Part shown: positions 21,390 through 29,467 of the stretch, in pieces
Layout: each line of letters opens with the position of its first letter
How positions within the stretch are numbered: the stretch's first letter is position 1
DNA from: Paracoccaceae bacterium
GTDB lineage: Bacteria > Pseudomonadota > Alphaproteobacteria > Rhodobacterales > Rhodobacteraceae
Assembly: GCA_030066855.1 (NCBI GenBank)
Contig: JASJAU010000037.1
Span: 500-64,499, forward strand
DNA: 64,000 bases
Direction of reading: 5' to 3'
Translations under genes and position numbers: made by a program
The notes under the pieces: generated by a model
What the model saw: only the letters and a program-made list of their open reading frames with translations
Databases searched by the model: none
Told to the model about the DNA's origin: nothing

Positions 21390-22148
21390 TTAATGCGCCG
21401 CTTCGCCGAGGTACGCTTCCTGCACCTTCGGGTTGCCTTTGATGTTGTCTGGCGTGTCCTCCACCAGCGGCGTGCCCTGCGCCAGAACGGTGATCCGCTC
21501 AGCCAGGCTGAAAACGACGTGCATGTCGTGCTCGATGATGCACATGGTGATGTCGCGCTTTTCGTTGATCTCTTTCAGAAGATCGATCGTGTTGTTGGTG
21601 TCGGCCCGCGCCATGCCGGCGGTGGGCTCGTCCAACAAGAGAAGCCGCGGCTCCTGCACCAGACACATCGCCATTTCAAGGCGGCGCTTGTCGCCCCGGC
21701 TCATCGAGGCCGAATGCATGTCGCGCTTGTCGAGCATGTTGACGTCTTCAAGGATGGCGTCGGCCTTTGCGATCAGCTCCTTCTCGTTGGCGAACTGCTC
21801 ATAGGCGTGCATTCGGAAAGAGCCGTCGCGCTTGGCGAAACACGGGATCAGGATGTTTTCGAGAACGGTGAGGTCCCCGAAGATTTCAGGTGTCTGGAAC
21901 ACCCGGGATATCCCCATCTGGTTGATCTCGTGCGGCTTGCGGCCGAGAACCGATTGCCCGCCGAACATCACCGAACCCGTGTCCGGGATTAGCTTGCCGA
22001 CAAGGCAGTTGAGCAGGGTCGATTTGCCCGCGCCGTTCGGCCCGATGATCGCGTGGACGGTGTTCTCCGCCACCGAGAGGTTCACGTCACCGAGCGCCTG
22101 CAGACCGCCGAAGCGCTTGTTGACGCCTTTGACTTCAAGAATTCCCAT
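21390..22148 (-). CDS. ABC transporter ATP-binding protein (LivG-like)
   Basis: Walker A GPNGAGKST, Walker B LLLDEPTAGM and a BCA C-terminal region. Confidence 0.92.
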   Translation of the reverse strand: MGILEVKGVNKRFGGLQALGDVNLSVAENTVHAIIGPNGAGKSTLLNCLVGKLIPDTGSVMFGGQSVLGRKPHEINQMGISRVFQTPEIFGDLTVLENILIPCFAKRDGSFRMHAYEQFANEKELIAKADAILEDVNMLDKRDMHSASMSRGDKRRLEMAMCLVQEPRLLLLDEPTAGMARADTNNTIDLLKEINEKRDITMCIIEHDMHVVFSLAERITVLAQGTPLVEDTPDNIKGNPKVQEAYLGEAAH

Positions 22149-22160
22149 GGGTCCTTCTCC

Positions 22161-23360
22161 TTATTCCGCTGGCGTCTTGGCAGCTGCGTCTTCGGCCTCC
22201 TGGGCGCGCTTTCCACGCCCGAAGAGCCGTCCGATCCGCTGACCGCCTTCCACAAGGCCGCCGGGCAGGAATATGACGACCGCCATGAACACGATGCCGA
22301 GCGTCAGGTGCCAGCCCTTGCCGATGAACGGATGGATGATGAAGACAATGAAGTCTTCGATTCCGTCAGGCATAAACGCGAACCATTGGTGCAGGATGCC
22401 GTCGTTAATCTTCGACAGGATGTTTTCCATGTACTTGATCATGCCCGCGCCCAAAACCGGTCCAATGAGCGTGCCGACGCCGCCGAGGATGGCCATCAGA
22501 ACGACTTCGCCCGACGCGGTCCAGAACATACGCTCAGGTCCAACCTGGGTGTCCATCGCGACCATCAGACCACCGGCAAGACCGGCGTACATGCCCGAGA
22601 TAACGAAAGCGGCGAGGGTATAAGGCTTGGAGTTAAGGCCCGTGTAGTTCATCCGCTGCTGGTTTGACTTAACCGCGCGCAGCATCATGCCGAAAGGCGA
22701 GCGGAAGATGCGGATCGACACGTAGAACGAGATCAGCATCACGATCGCGGCGATGTAGTAGCCCATGTTGAACGTCCAAAGCCAGTCGCCAGCGCTCAAC
22801 TCGAAGCTGGACCTCATGTCGAGGCCGAAGAGGTTTGCGCGGCCGATCTCGCCATCTCCCAGGTTGGAAAGAAGCGGACGGTCTGTCGGCTTGATCTGCA
22901 AGCCCGTCTCGCCTCCCGTGATCGGCGTTAGCACCGAGTAGGCGAGAGAATAGGACATCTGCGCGAAAGCCAGCGTCAGGATCGAGAAGTAGATGCCCGA
23001 CCGGCGAAGCGAGATAAAGCCAACGACAACCGCGAAGAGCCCAGCGAAGATGATCGACATGATGATCGCCGGGATCACGTTCAGTGTAACCAGCTTCATC
23101 ATCCAGATCGCCGCATAGGATCCGACACCCAGGAAGGCCGCATGACCGAATGAAAGGTAGCCGGTCAGGCCGAAGAGGATGTTGAAACCGATTGCAAAGA
23201 TCCCGAAGATCACAAAGCGCTGCATCAGGTCCGGATAGCCGGCATTGAACTGCGCCAGCTGGCTGCCTTCTGGAAAGGGGTTCAGGAAGAACGGCGCCAG
23301 AATGGTAAGAACCGCGACGACGATCAGAAGGGTTGAATCGTTCTTTTTGAGACCAAGCAT
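22161..23360 (-). CDS. Branched-chain-type ABC permease (LivM-like)
   Basis: Multi-TM ORF of 399 aa with a LivM-like core ([16 protein letters not shown]). Confidence 0.9.
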   Translation of the reverse strand: MLGLKKNDSTLLIVVAVLTILAPFFLNPFPEGSQLAQFNAGYPDLMQRFVIFGIFAIGFNILFGLTGYLSFGHAAFLGVGSYAAIWMMKLVTLNVIPAIIMSIIFAGLFAVVVGFISLRRSGIYFSILTLAFAQMSYSLAYSVLTPITGGETGLQIKPTDRPLLSNLGDGEIGRANLFGLDMRSSFELSAGDWLWTFNMGYYIAAIVMLISFYVSIRIFRSPFGMMLRAVKSNQQRMNYTGLNSKPYTLAAFVISGMYAGLAGGLMVAMDTQVGPERMFWTASGEVVLMAILGGVGTLIGPVLGAGMIKYMENILSKINDGILHQWFAFMPDGIEDFIVFIIHPFIGKGWHLTLGIVFMAVVIFLPGGLVEGGQRIGRLFGRGKRAQEAEDAAAKTPAE

Positions 23361-23363
23361 GTC

Positions 23364-24395
23364 TTATTCCTCCATCACGCCTTTGCGCCCCATCAGGCCG
23401 CGCGGCCGTGTGAGCAGGATGACAATGGCGACCAGGTAGATGATGATCTGGTTGATGCCGGGGATGATGTCGATGACAGCGCCCATGGAGGCAAAGCTCT
23501 CGAGCACACCAAGTAGGAACCCTGCAAGAACGGCACCGGGCAGCGAGCCCATGCCGCCCACGACAACCACGACGAAGCTCAGGACAAGGAAGTCCATACC
23601 CATGTGATAATTGGGAGAGTTGATCGGCGTGTACATGACCCCGGCAAGACCCGCCACACAGGCGGCGATGGCGAACATCACGGTGAAGCGCTTATCGATG
23701 TTGATTCCCAAAAGGCCAACGGTCTCGCGGTCCGCCATGCCGGCCCGGACAACCATGCCGAAGGTGGTGAATTGCAAGAAGGCAAACACACCTGCGATCA
23801 CGATCATCGCGAACGCGAAGTAGATCAGACGCCAGTAGGGATAGATGATGGTGAATGGATCGAAGCCCAGAAGAACGCCGAAGTCGAACGAACCGGTGAA
23901 GGCTTCCGGTGCCGGAGTCGGGATCGGGTTCGCCCCGTAGAAGTACTTGATGATTTCCTGAAGCACGATGGCAAGGCCGAAGGTTACGAGGATCTGATCC
24001 GCGTGGGGGCGCTTGTAGAAGTGCTTGATCAATCCGCGCTCCATGGCAAATCCAACAAGCACCATGATCGGGATCGAGAAGAGAATGGCGAGCGGCACAG
24101 ACCAGTCGATGATGCCCTGTCCCGCTGCCTCACCGAACCATTCGTAGACGTAGGGAACATCGACCTTCATCGGGTTCCCGAGAAAGTCGGTCCGCGTCTC
24201 GTCCACAACTTCGTGGCTCAGGCTCAGAATACGCTGGAGAGTAACGGCGCAAAACGCGCCAATCATAAACAGTGCCCCGTGGGCGAAGTTCACAACGCCG
24301 AGCGTACCGAAGATCAGAGTCAGACCGAGCGCGATGAGCGCATAGGCCGAGCCCTTATCCAGGCCGTTCAGAACTTGCAGAATGATGGCTTCCAT
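23364..24395 (-). CDS. Branched-chain-type ABC permease (LivH-like)
   Basis: MEAIILQVLNGLDKGSAYALIALGLTLIFGTLGVVNFAHG is the canonical LivH N-terminus. Confidence 0.9.
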   Translation of the reverse strand: MEAIILQVLNGLDKGSAYALIALGLTLIFGTLGVVNFAHGALFMIGAFCAVTLQRILSLSHEVVDETRTDFLGNPMKVDVPYVYEWFGEAAGQGIIDWSVPLAILFSIPIMVLVGFAMERGLIKHFYKRPHADQILVTFGLAIVLQEIIKYFYGANPIPTPAPEAFTGSFDFGVLLGFDPFTIIYPYWRLIYFAFAMIVIAGVFAFLQFTTFGMVVRAGMADRETVGLLGINIDKRFTVMFAIAACVAGLAGVMYTPINSPNYHMGMDFLVLSFVVVVVGGMGSLPGAVLAGFLLGVLESFASMGAVIDIIPGINQIIIYLVAIVILLTRPRGLMGRKGVMEE

Positions 24396-24421
24396 GTCCC
24401 TTCCTCCGCGGGGTTCGGGTA

Positions 24422-24445
24422 AGCCACGCCCCTCGAGGCGTGGCT
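24422..24445 (-). promoter_or_regulatory. Intercistronic stem-loop between the binding-protein and permease genes
   Basis: Perfect 9-bp stem AGCCACGCC / GGCGTGGCT with a 6-nt loop and no T-tract. It resembles the mRNA-stabilising hairpins that follow SBP genes. Confidence 0.4.
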
Positions 24446-24514
24446 AGATTTTCGAGCGGGGTGCGCGTTAGGCGCGTGATAACCGTTTGGAAATCGCCCT
24501 CGCTTTGATCCGGA

Positions 24515-25879
24515 TCATGCTCCGGGATTGCAGGCTCCGAGGGTCGCTTCCGCGCCGCCCATTTGCGGATGGTCGGGTGCGTAGGTGACCTGCTCGACCG
24601 GAGTGACTTCGACGATCTCGAGTAGGTCGTAGGGACCATCGGGGTTTTCTTTCCCCTTCACGACAAGCACGTCCTTGAAGCACTGGTGATCGGCGCCGCG
24701 ATACAGCGTCTTGCCGTTGCCCAGCCCGTCGAACTCGAAGTCTTCGAGTGCTTCGGCAACTGCGCACGGGTTGAACGAGCCAGCCCGGTTCACAGCGTCT
24801 GCGTAGAGAAGCGTCTGACAGTACACCGTGTGCGCGGCCTGCGACGGCGGGAAGCCGTACTTGGTGCCGAACGAGCGAGTGAACGCCTGCGATCCCTCGT
24901 CGGGCAGTGACCAGTGCCAGTTCGTCGAACCAAAGATGCCCTTAACGTTTTCACCGGCACCACGTGCCATCAAACGCGAGTAGAGCGGAACGACGATCTG
25001 GAAGTCCTTACCGTTGGCCTGGGCTTCGCGAAGACCGAACTGAACGGCACTGGTCAGCGAGTTCACCATGTTGCCGCCGTAGTGGTTCAGAACAAGCACG
25101 TCCGCACCCGACTGCAAGACAGGCGTGATGTAGGACGAGAAGTCGGTCTGCGTCAGCGGGGTTTTCACCGCGTTGACAGTTTCCCAGCCGATCGCTTCGG
25201 TCGCTTGGGTTACAGCTTCTTCCGTCGTGTAACCCCAGTTATAGTCGGCCGTCAGGTGATAGGCCTTCCGGTCGGCGCCATAGGCATTGGCAAGCACGGG
25301 AGCCAGCGCCGCGCCAGACATGTACGAGTTGAAGAAGTGGCGGAAGCCATTGGCCTTCCGGTCCTTACCCGTGGTGTCGTTCGAGTGCGTAAGGCCAGCC
25401 ATGAAGATGACGCCCGCCTCCTGGCAGAGCGCTTGCACCGCAACAGCCACACCGGAGGATGAACCGCCGGTGATCATGATAGCGCCGTCTTTCTCGATCA
25501 TCGACCGGGCCGAAGCTCGGGCCGCATCTGATTTAGTCTGCGTGTCGCCAGTCACATATTCGATCTTCTTGCCCAAGATGCCTGTGCCGTCGAGCGTCTT
25601 GGACGAGAATGTATTGATCATCCCGCCGTCGCCGCCGCCGTTCAGATGCTCGACCGCAAGCTCGTAAGCACGCAGCTCGTCCGCGCCCTCATCGGCGTAG
25701 GGGCCTGTCTGAGGCACGTTGAAGCCAAGCGTCACTGTGTCGCCTTCAGGCGCGTTCGTGAAACCTGTGTGCCCGCCGGCCCAGACCGCGCCGGTGAAGA
25801 TCGTCGGCGTCGCAAGCGCCGCGCCTGCTGCCGCGCCGGTCTTTAGCGCGCCGCGACGGGTGAGATTGGATTTAGTCAT
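24515..25879 (-). CDS. Periplasmic substrate-binding protein (type I / Leu-Ile-Val-binding-protein fold) with Tat-type signal
   Basis: N-terminus TRRGALKTGAAAGAALATPTIFTGAVWA. 454 aa, first gene of the ABC-acs operon. Confidence 0.85.
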   Translation of the reverse strand: MTKSNLTRRGALKTGAAAGAALATPTIFTGAVWAGGHTGFTNAPEGDTVTLGFNVPQTGPYADEGADELRAYELAVEHLNGGGDGGMINTFSSKTLDGTGILGKKIEYVTGDTQTKSDAARASARSMIEKDGAIMITGGSSSGVAVAVQALCQEAGVIFMAGLTHSNDTTGKDRKANGFRHFFNSYMSGAALAPVLANAYGADRKAYHLTADYNWGYTTEEAVTQATEAIGWETVNAVKTPLTQTDFSSYITPVLQSGADVLVLNHYGGNMVNSLTSAVQFGLREAQANGKDFQIVVPLYSRLMARGAGENVKGIFGSTNWHWSLPDEGSQAFTRSFGTKYGFPPSQAAHTVYCQTLLYADAVNRAGSFNPCAVAEALEDFEFDGLGNGKTLYRGADHQCFKDVLVVKGKENPDGPYDLLEIVEVTPVEQVTYAPDHPQMGGAEATLGACNPGA

Positions 25880-26013
25880 ATGGTCCTCCCAATTGAGACT
25901 CCCGGCGGGTGGCGGACGCTACGGCGTTCCTCCATAGCAGCCGGGACCTTTTACAAGGTGTCAGCTTTATGGCGCGAACGCCGAAAACCGATCAACAAGG
26001 TAGCGTAGCTGTT

Positions 26014-26061
26014 GAACTTTTTTGTAAACACTTACACAATGCGTATAGTATTTTTGTAAAG
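26014..26061. promoter_or_regulatory. Two direct TTTTGTAAA boxes (candidate RamB/ScfR operator)
   Basis: GAACTTTTTTGTAAA (26014-26028) and AGTATTTTTGTAAAG (26048-26061) lie 32 bp apart. An inverted TTTTACAA copy sits at 25949-25956. All are in the divergent promoter between the SBP gene and the ScfR-type regulator. Confidence 0.4.
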
Positions 26062-26111
26062 TAATTTTCTTGCGCCGGCAGAATCCCATTGAAAAAGCAT
26101 AGGAAATCACC

Positions 26112-27431
26112 ATGCAGAGACCCGCTCTAACCGGCTCCCGCATCCGCCGCCACCGGCTGGACCGGGGCATCCGGCAGGCCGATCTGGCGCGGGGCTGCGA
26201 TATCTCGCCGAGCTACCTCAATCTGATCGAACATAACCGTCGCAGAATCGGCGGCGCGCTGCTGAACCGCATCGCCCGGGTGCTCGACATGGACCCGGCC
26301 GCGTTGAGCGAGGGGGCTGAGAGCGCGCTGGTCGAGGCGTTGGAGGCCGCTGCGGCGGATGCCGGCGAACAGTCCGACAGTTTGGAGCGAGCCGAAGAGT
26401 TCGCTGGACGCTTTCCGGGCTGGGCGCGGCTTCTCGAGGATCAGTCGCGTCGCATCGAACGGCTTGAGCGGGTCGTGCAGGTCCTGACCGACCGGCTGAC
26501 CCACGACCCCCAGCTTTCGGCTTCGCTGCACGACGTCCTGACTACCGTCACAGCGATCCGGTCCACCAGCGGCATTCTCGCCGCCGAGGACGAGATCGAG
26601 CCGCAATGGCGCGCCCGATTCCACCGCAACCTTTACGAGGACAGCCAGCGTCTGGCCGGGTCCGCCGAGGCGCTGGTGAGCTTCCTGGACGCCGGCGGCG
26701 ATGCCGCCCGGACCGTCGTTTTGCCTCACGATGAGGTCGAGGCATGGCTCGCCGATCAGGACTGGACGGTCGACGCGCTCGAGCGGGGCGCGGCGGACGC
26801 GGATGATATTGCGGCGCAGGAGGCGCGCCTTACCACACCGGCGGCGAAGGACTTGGCGAAGAGATACCTGCGCCGCTACCGAGCGGATGCGGATCGGGTT
26901 CCCCAAAACCGGTTGATCGAAGCTCTCAGTGCAGGCTTCATGGATCCCGCCGCGCTTGCCGGGCACTTCGGCGTCGAGTTCGACATGATCCTGAGGCGGC
27001 TCGCCTCGCTGCCAGGGGAGGCCTTCGAGAACGGCATCTCGCCCGGGCTGGTCCTCTGCGACGGGTCCGGCACGCTGACCTTCCGCAAAGCGGTTCCGGG
27101 CTTCGAGCCACCTAGATTCGGCGCGGCCTGTCCTCTCTGGCCGCTCTACCAGGCGCTGCAGCGGCCATCCCAGCCGATCCGCGCCCATGTCGTTCTACCA
27201 GGCCGCGACACCTGGCGTTTCACCGTACACGCCATCGCCACGTCACGCTACGAGGCTGGATTCAACCGTCCGCCTGTCGTCGAGGCGACCATGTTGGTCG
27301 TTCCGGTTCTGGGCGAGGCGGCCGCGTCCGACGACGTGCTGACCATTGGCACCTCGTGTCGGATTTGCGCTGTCGCCGACTGCGCGGCCCGGCGCGAGCC
27401 GTCGATTCTCAGCCTCGCTCAGACCGCGTGA
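26112..27431 (+). CDS. ScfR/RamB-family regulator (XRE HTH + ImmA-like + DUF2083)
   Basis: N-terminal HTH (LTGSRIRRHRLDRGIRQADLARGCDISPSYLNLIEHNRR), a long C-terminal domain and a terminal Cys cluster CRICAVADCAARREPS. Confidence 0.82.
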   Translation: MQRPALTGSRIRRHRLDRGIRQADLARGCDISPSYLNLIEHNRRRIGGALLNRIARVLDMDPAALSEGAESALVEALEAAAADAGEQSDSLERAEEFAGRFPGWARLLEDQSRRIERLERVVQVLTDRLTHDPQLSASLHDVLTTVTAIRSTSGILAAEDEIEPQWRARFHRNLYEDSQRLAGSAEALVSFLDAGGDAARTVVLPHDEVEAWLADQDWTVDALERGAADADDIAAQEARLTTPAAKDLAKRYLRRYRADADRVPQNRLIEALSAGFMDPAALAGHFGVEFDMILRRLASLPGEAFENGISPGLVLCDGSGTLTFRKAVPGFEPPRFGAACPLWPLYQALQRPSQPIRAHVVLPGRDTWRFTVHAIATSRYEAGFNRPPVVEATMLVVPVLGEAAASDDVLTIGTSCRICAVADCAARREPSILSLAQTA

Positions 27432-27534
27432 AGCGCCCAGTTTCCGCCGCTTTCACTTGCCATCCGATGCGAGACGGGAGCGCCAGATGGGCGAACCCTA
27501 TGGCCCATCCTTGGTCTAAACGGTTCACAAGAGC

Positions 27535-28146
27535 ATGCGAGTTCAGGATTGCTGCCTGAGCTTCGCATTGCTCTGCACGCCAGTTGCCGAGGTCACCGCG
27601 GCAATCGGCGGCATCATGCGGGCGTCCGAGAACGGCGCGACGGTTACGGTCGGCGAGACGCCGCCGCCGTTCATCGCGGCCTCGCGGTCTCGCGGCTACA
27701 TCTCACACCGCAGGGGCGTGCTCGTCTCGCGCCCCGCAGGCGCCGAAGTCGTCTTGGTGGAGTTTAGCCATCTCCAGAACGTCCTCACGCCGCTCTCCAT
27801 GACCTTGCCCGAGGTCGAATTCATTGGCTTCCGCTCGAACTGGGAGACCGGGCACCGGTGGCACAATGAACTGAGCGTCCACCTCGGCGGAGAAATGGTC
27901 CGGCAGATCGACCTCGACGAAGGAATGCGCCGCTCCGGCTTGAGCTTGGTCGAATGGGGCGAGCCCAGGTCATTCGAAGCAACGGCCTCCTACTCGTTAG
28001 GCGACATGAGCCAGCGCCTCACGCGGCGCCACCTCCAGGATGCCCCCCGGCGCTGTTGGCTCGATGTCGACCGAGCGGTCGTGCTCGGGATGCGGAGAGG
28101 GCGAGACGGACACCGAAGAGGTTCTGGCGCAGGAGGCCTACCTTGA
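27535..28146 (+). CDS. Hypothetical protein (start and 3' end uncertain)
   Basis: High GC3 over about the first 150 codons and no family recognised. GC3 falls in the last ~20 codons while another frame looks coding. Alternative start at 27616. Confidence 0.35.
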   Translation: MRVQDCCLSFALLCTPVAEVTAAIGGIMRASENGATVTVGETPPPFIAASRSRGYISHRRGVLVSRPAGAEVVLVEFSHLQNVLTPLSMTLPEVEFIGFRSNWETGHRWHNELSVHLGGEMVRQIDLDEGMRRSGLSLVEWGEPRSFEATASYSLGDMSQRLTRRHLQDAPRRCWLDVDRAVVLGMRRGRDGHRRGSGAGGLP

Positions 28147-28808
28147 GGCCATCGAGGCGCTTAGGCAATTCTGAAGTCGGTTCGGGCAAGCGATGCAACG
28201 CGTGTTGCCTAACACCGAGAATACGAAAAGGCCTATGACAAATGGATGAGCAAGCCGGAGCGGCCCGGAGGTTTCGACCCTACGATCTATCTCGGCTGGA
28301 ACGTTCAAAGGATCGACCGTTCCGGGCCGGTTCGCATCCTGACTTTCTTTCACGAGGAGCGCGCTCTAGTGCGAGCTTGGAGAGCTGAACTTTCGGCTGA
28401 CGCAGACGGTGGTCGATCAGATCGACGGCGTGTCGCAGAGTCTGAGCGAACTTGATTTTGTGGTTACGCATGCCGTCGCGGCACTGAAGGCGGGTCGCTA
28501 CACCGACGCGGAAAGCTCCCCCGCGGGGCGTTTTCGCGTCGGTCTGCCGGTACATCGGTATTCGTTTCGACGAGGGTGGGCCGATCCTGACGTGGAAAGC
28601 AGCCAAAAGAAGCGCGGCGCGGGAATTGGTCAAGGGGCGCGAGGAACTCGCTCACGCGATCAATTCCGACGTCACCTCCGACCTCACGGTCTTTCACATC
28701 GCCACGCTATACACCCGGGACTGACAGCATCCCCTTTTTGACAGTGCCGCGCCGGCGCGCGATAGTCTCCCCAAAGGCCGAAAACGGCGCATAGGGAGGG
28801 GATCGGCG

Positions 28809-29177
28809 ATGGGCGGACATGTCCTGCTGATCGAGGATGAACCGAATATTATCGAAGCGATCCGCTTTATCCTGTCGCGCGACGGGTGGCGGGTTGATAT
28901 CCACTCGGACGGGCGGACGGCGGTCGATGCTGTCCGCGACCGCGCGCCGGATCTGGTCATCCTCGACGTCATGCTGCCCAACCGCTCGGGCTATGACATT
29001 TTGAACGACGTCCGAAAAGACCCCGGCACCAGCGACATGCCGGTGCTCATGCTGACCGCGCGCGGGCAGAAGAAGGACCGCGAGTTGGCCGAGAAGCTGG
29101 GCGTCAGCAAGTTCATGACAAAACCCTTCTCGAACGGCGAGGTCCTCTCGACCGTGCGGGAGCTCGTGGCGCGGTGA
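28809..29177 (+). CDS. Single-domain (CheY-like) response regulator
   Basis: 122 aa consisting of a receiver only. Conserved residues: LLIEDE, DLVILDVMLP (phospho-Asp), LMLTA, KPF. Confidence 0.9.
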   Translation: MGGHVLLIEDEPNIIEAIRFILSRDGWRVDIHSDGRTAVDAVRDRAPDLVILDVMLPNRSGYDILNDVRKDPGTSDMPVLMLTARGQKKDRELAEKLGVSKFMTKPFSNGEVLSTVRELVAR

Positions 29178-29467
29178 ACCAGCCCGACGAGCCGCTTTTC
29201 CTCGCGCGCCAGTCCTATCGCCGCCGGCGGCTGGGCGACGCTGCGCGGCTCCTACCGCTTTTGGGCTTCGTGCTCCTCTGCCTTCCGGTTCTTTGGGCGA
29301 ACGAGGCGCGAACGGCCAGCGGCCTGGTGTACCTGTTCGTTCTCTGGGGGCTTCTCATTCTGGCAGTGGCGCTGATTTCGCCGCGTCTTGAGCAGAACGA
29401 GCCGGACTTAGGCGAAACGGACGGCGCCGGAGACGCAGGTGCCGGTGGACCGGCAGCGAGCGAATGA
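29174..29467 (+). CDS. Small two-TM membrane protein
   Basis: GTG start overlaps the regulator's stop and its own stop overlaps the kinase ATG (ATGA). Two hydrophobic helices (LLPLLGFVLLCLPVLW and LVYLFVLWGLLILAVALI). Confidence 0.55.
   Translation: MNQPDEPLFLARQSYRRRRLGDAARLLPLLGFVLLCLPVLWANEARTASGLVYLFVLWGLLILAVALISPRLEQNEPDLGETDGAGDAGAGGPAASE

Noticed and set aside
26127-27188. 353-aa minus-strand ORF
   Set aside because: Antisense to the ScfR/RamB-type regulator, with Arg/Pro-rich low-complexity translation.
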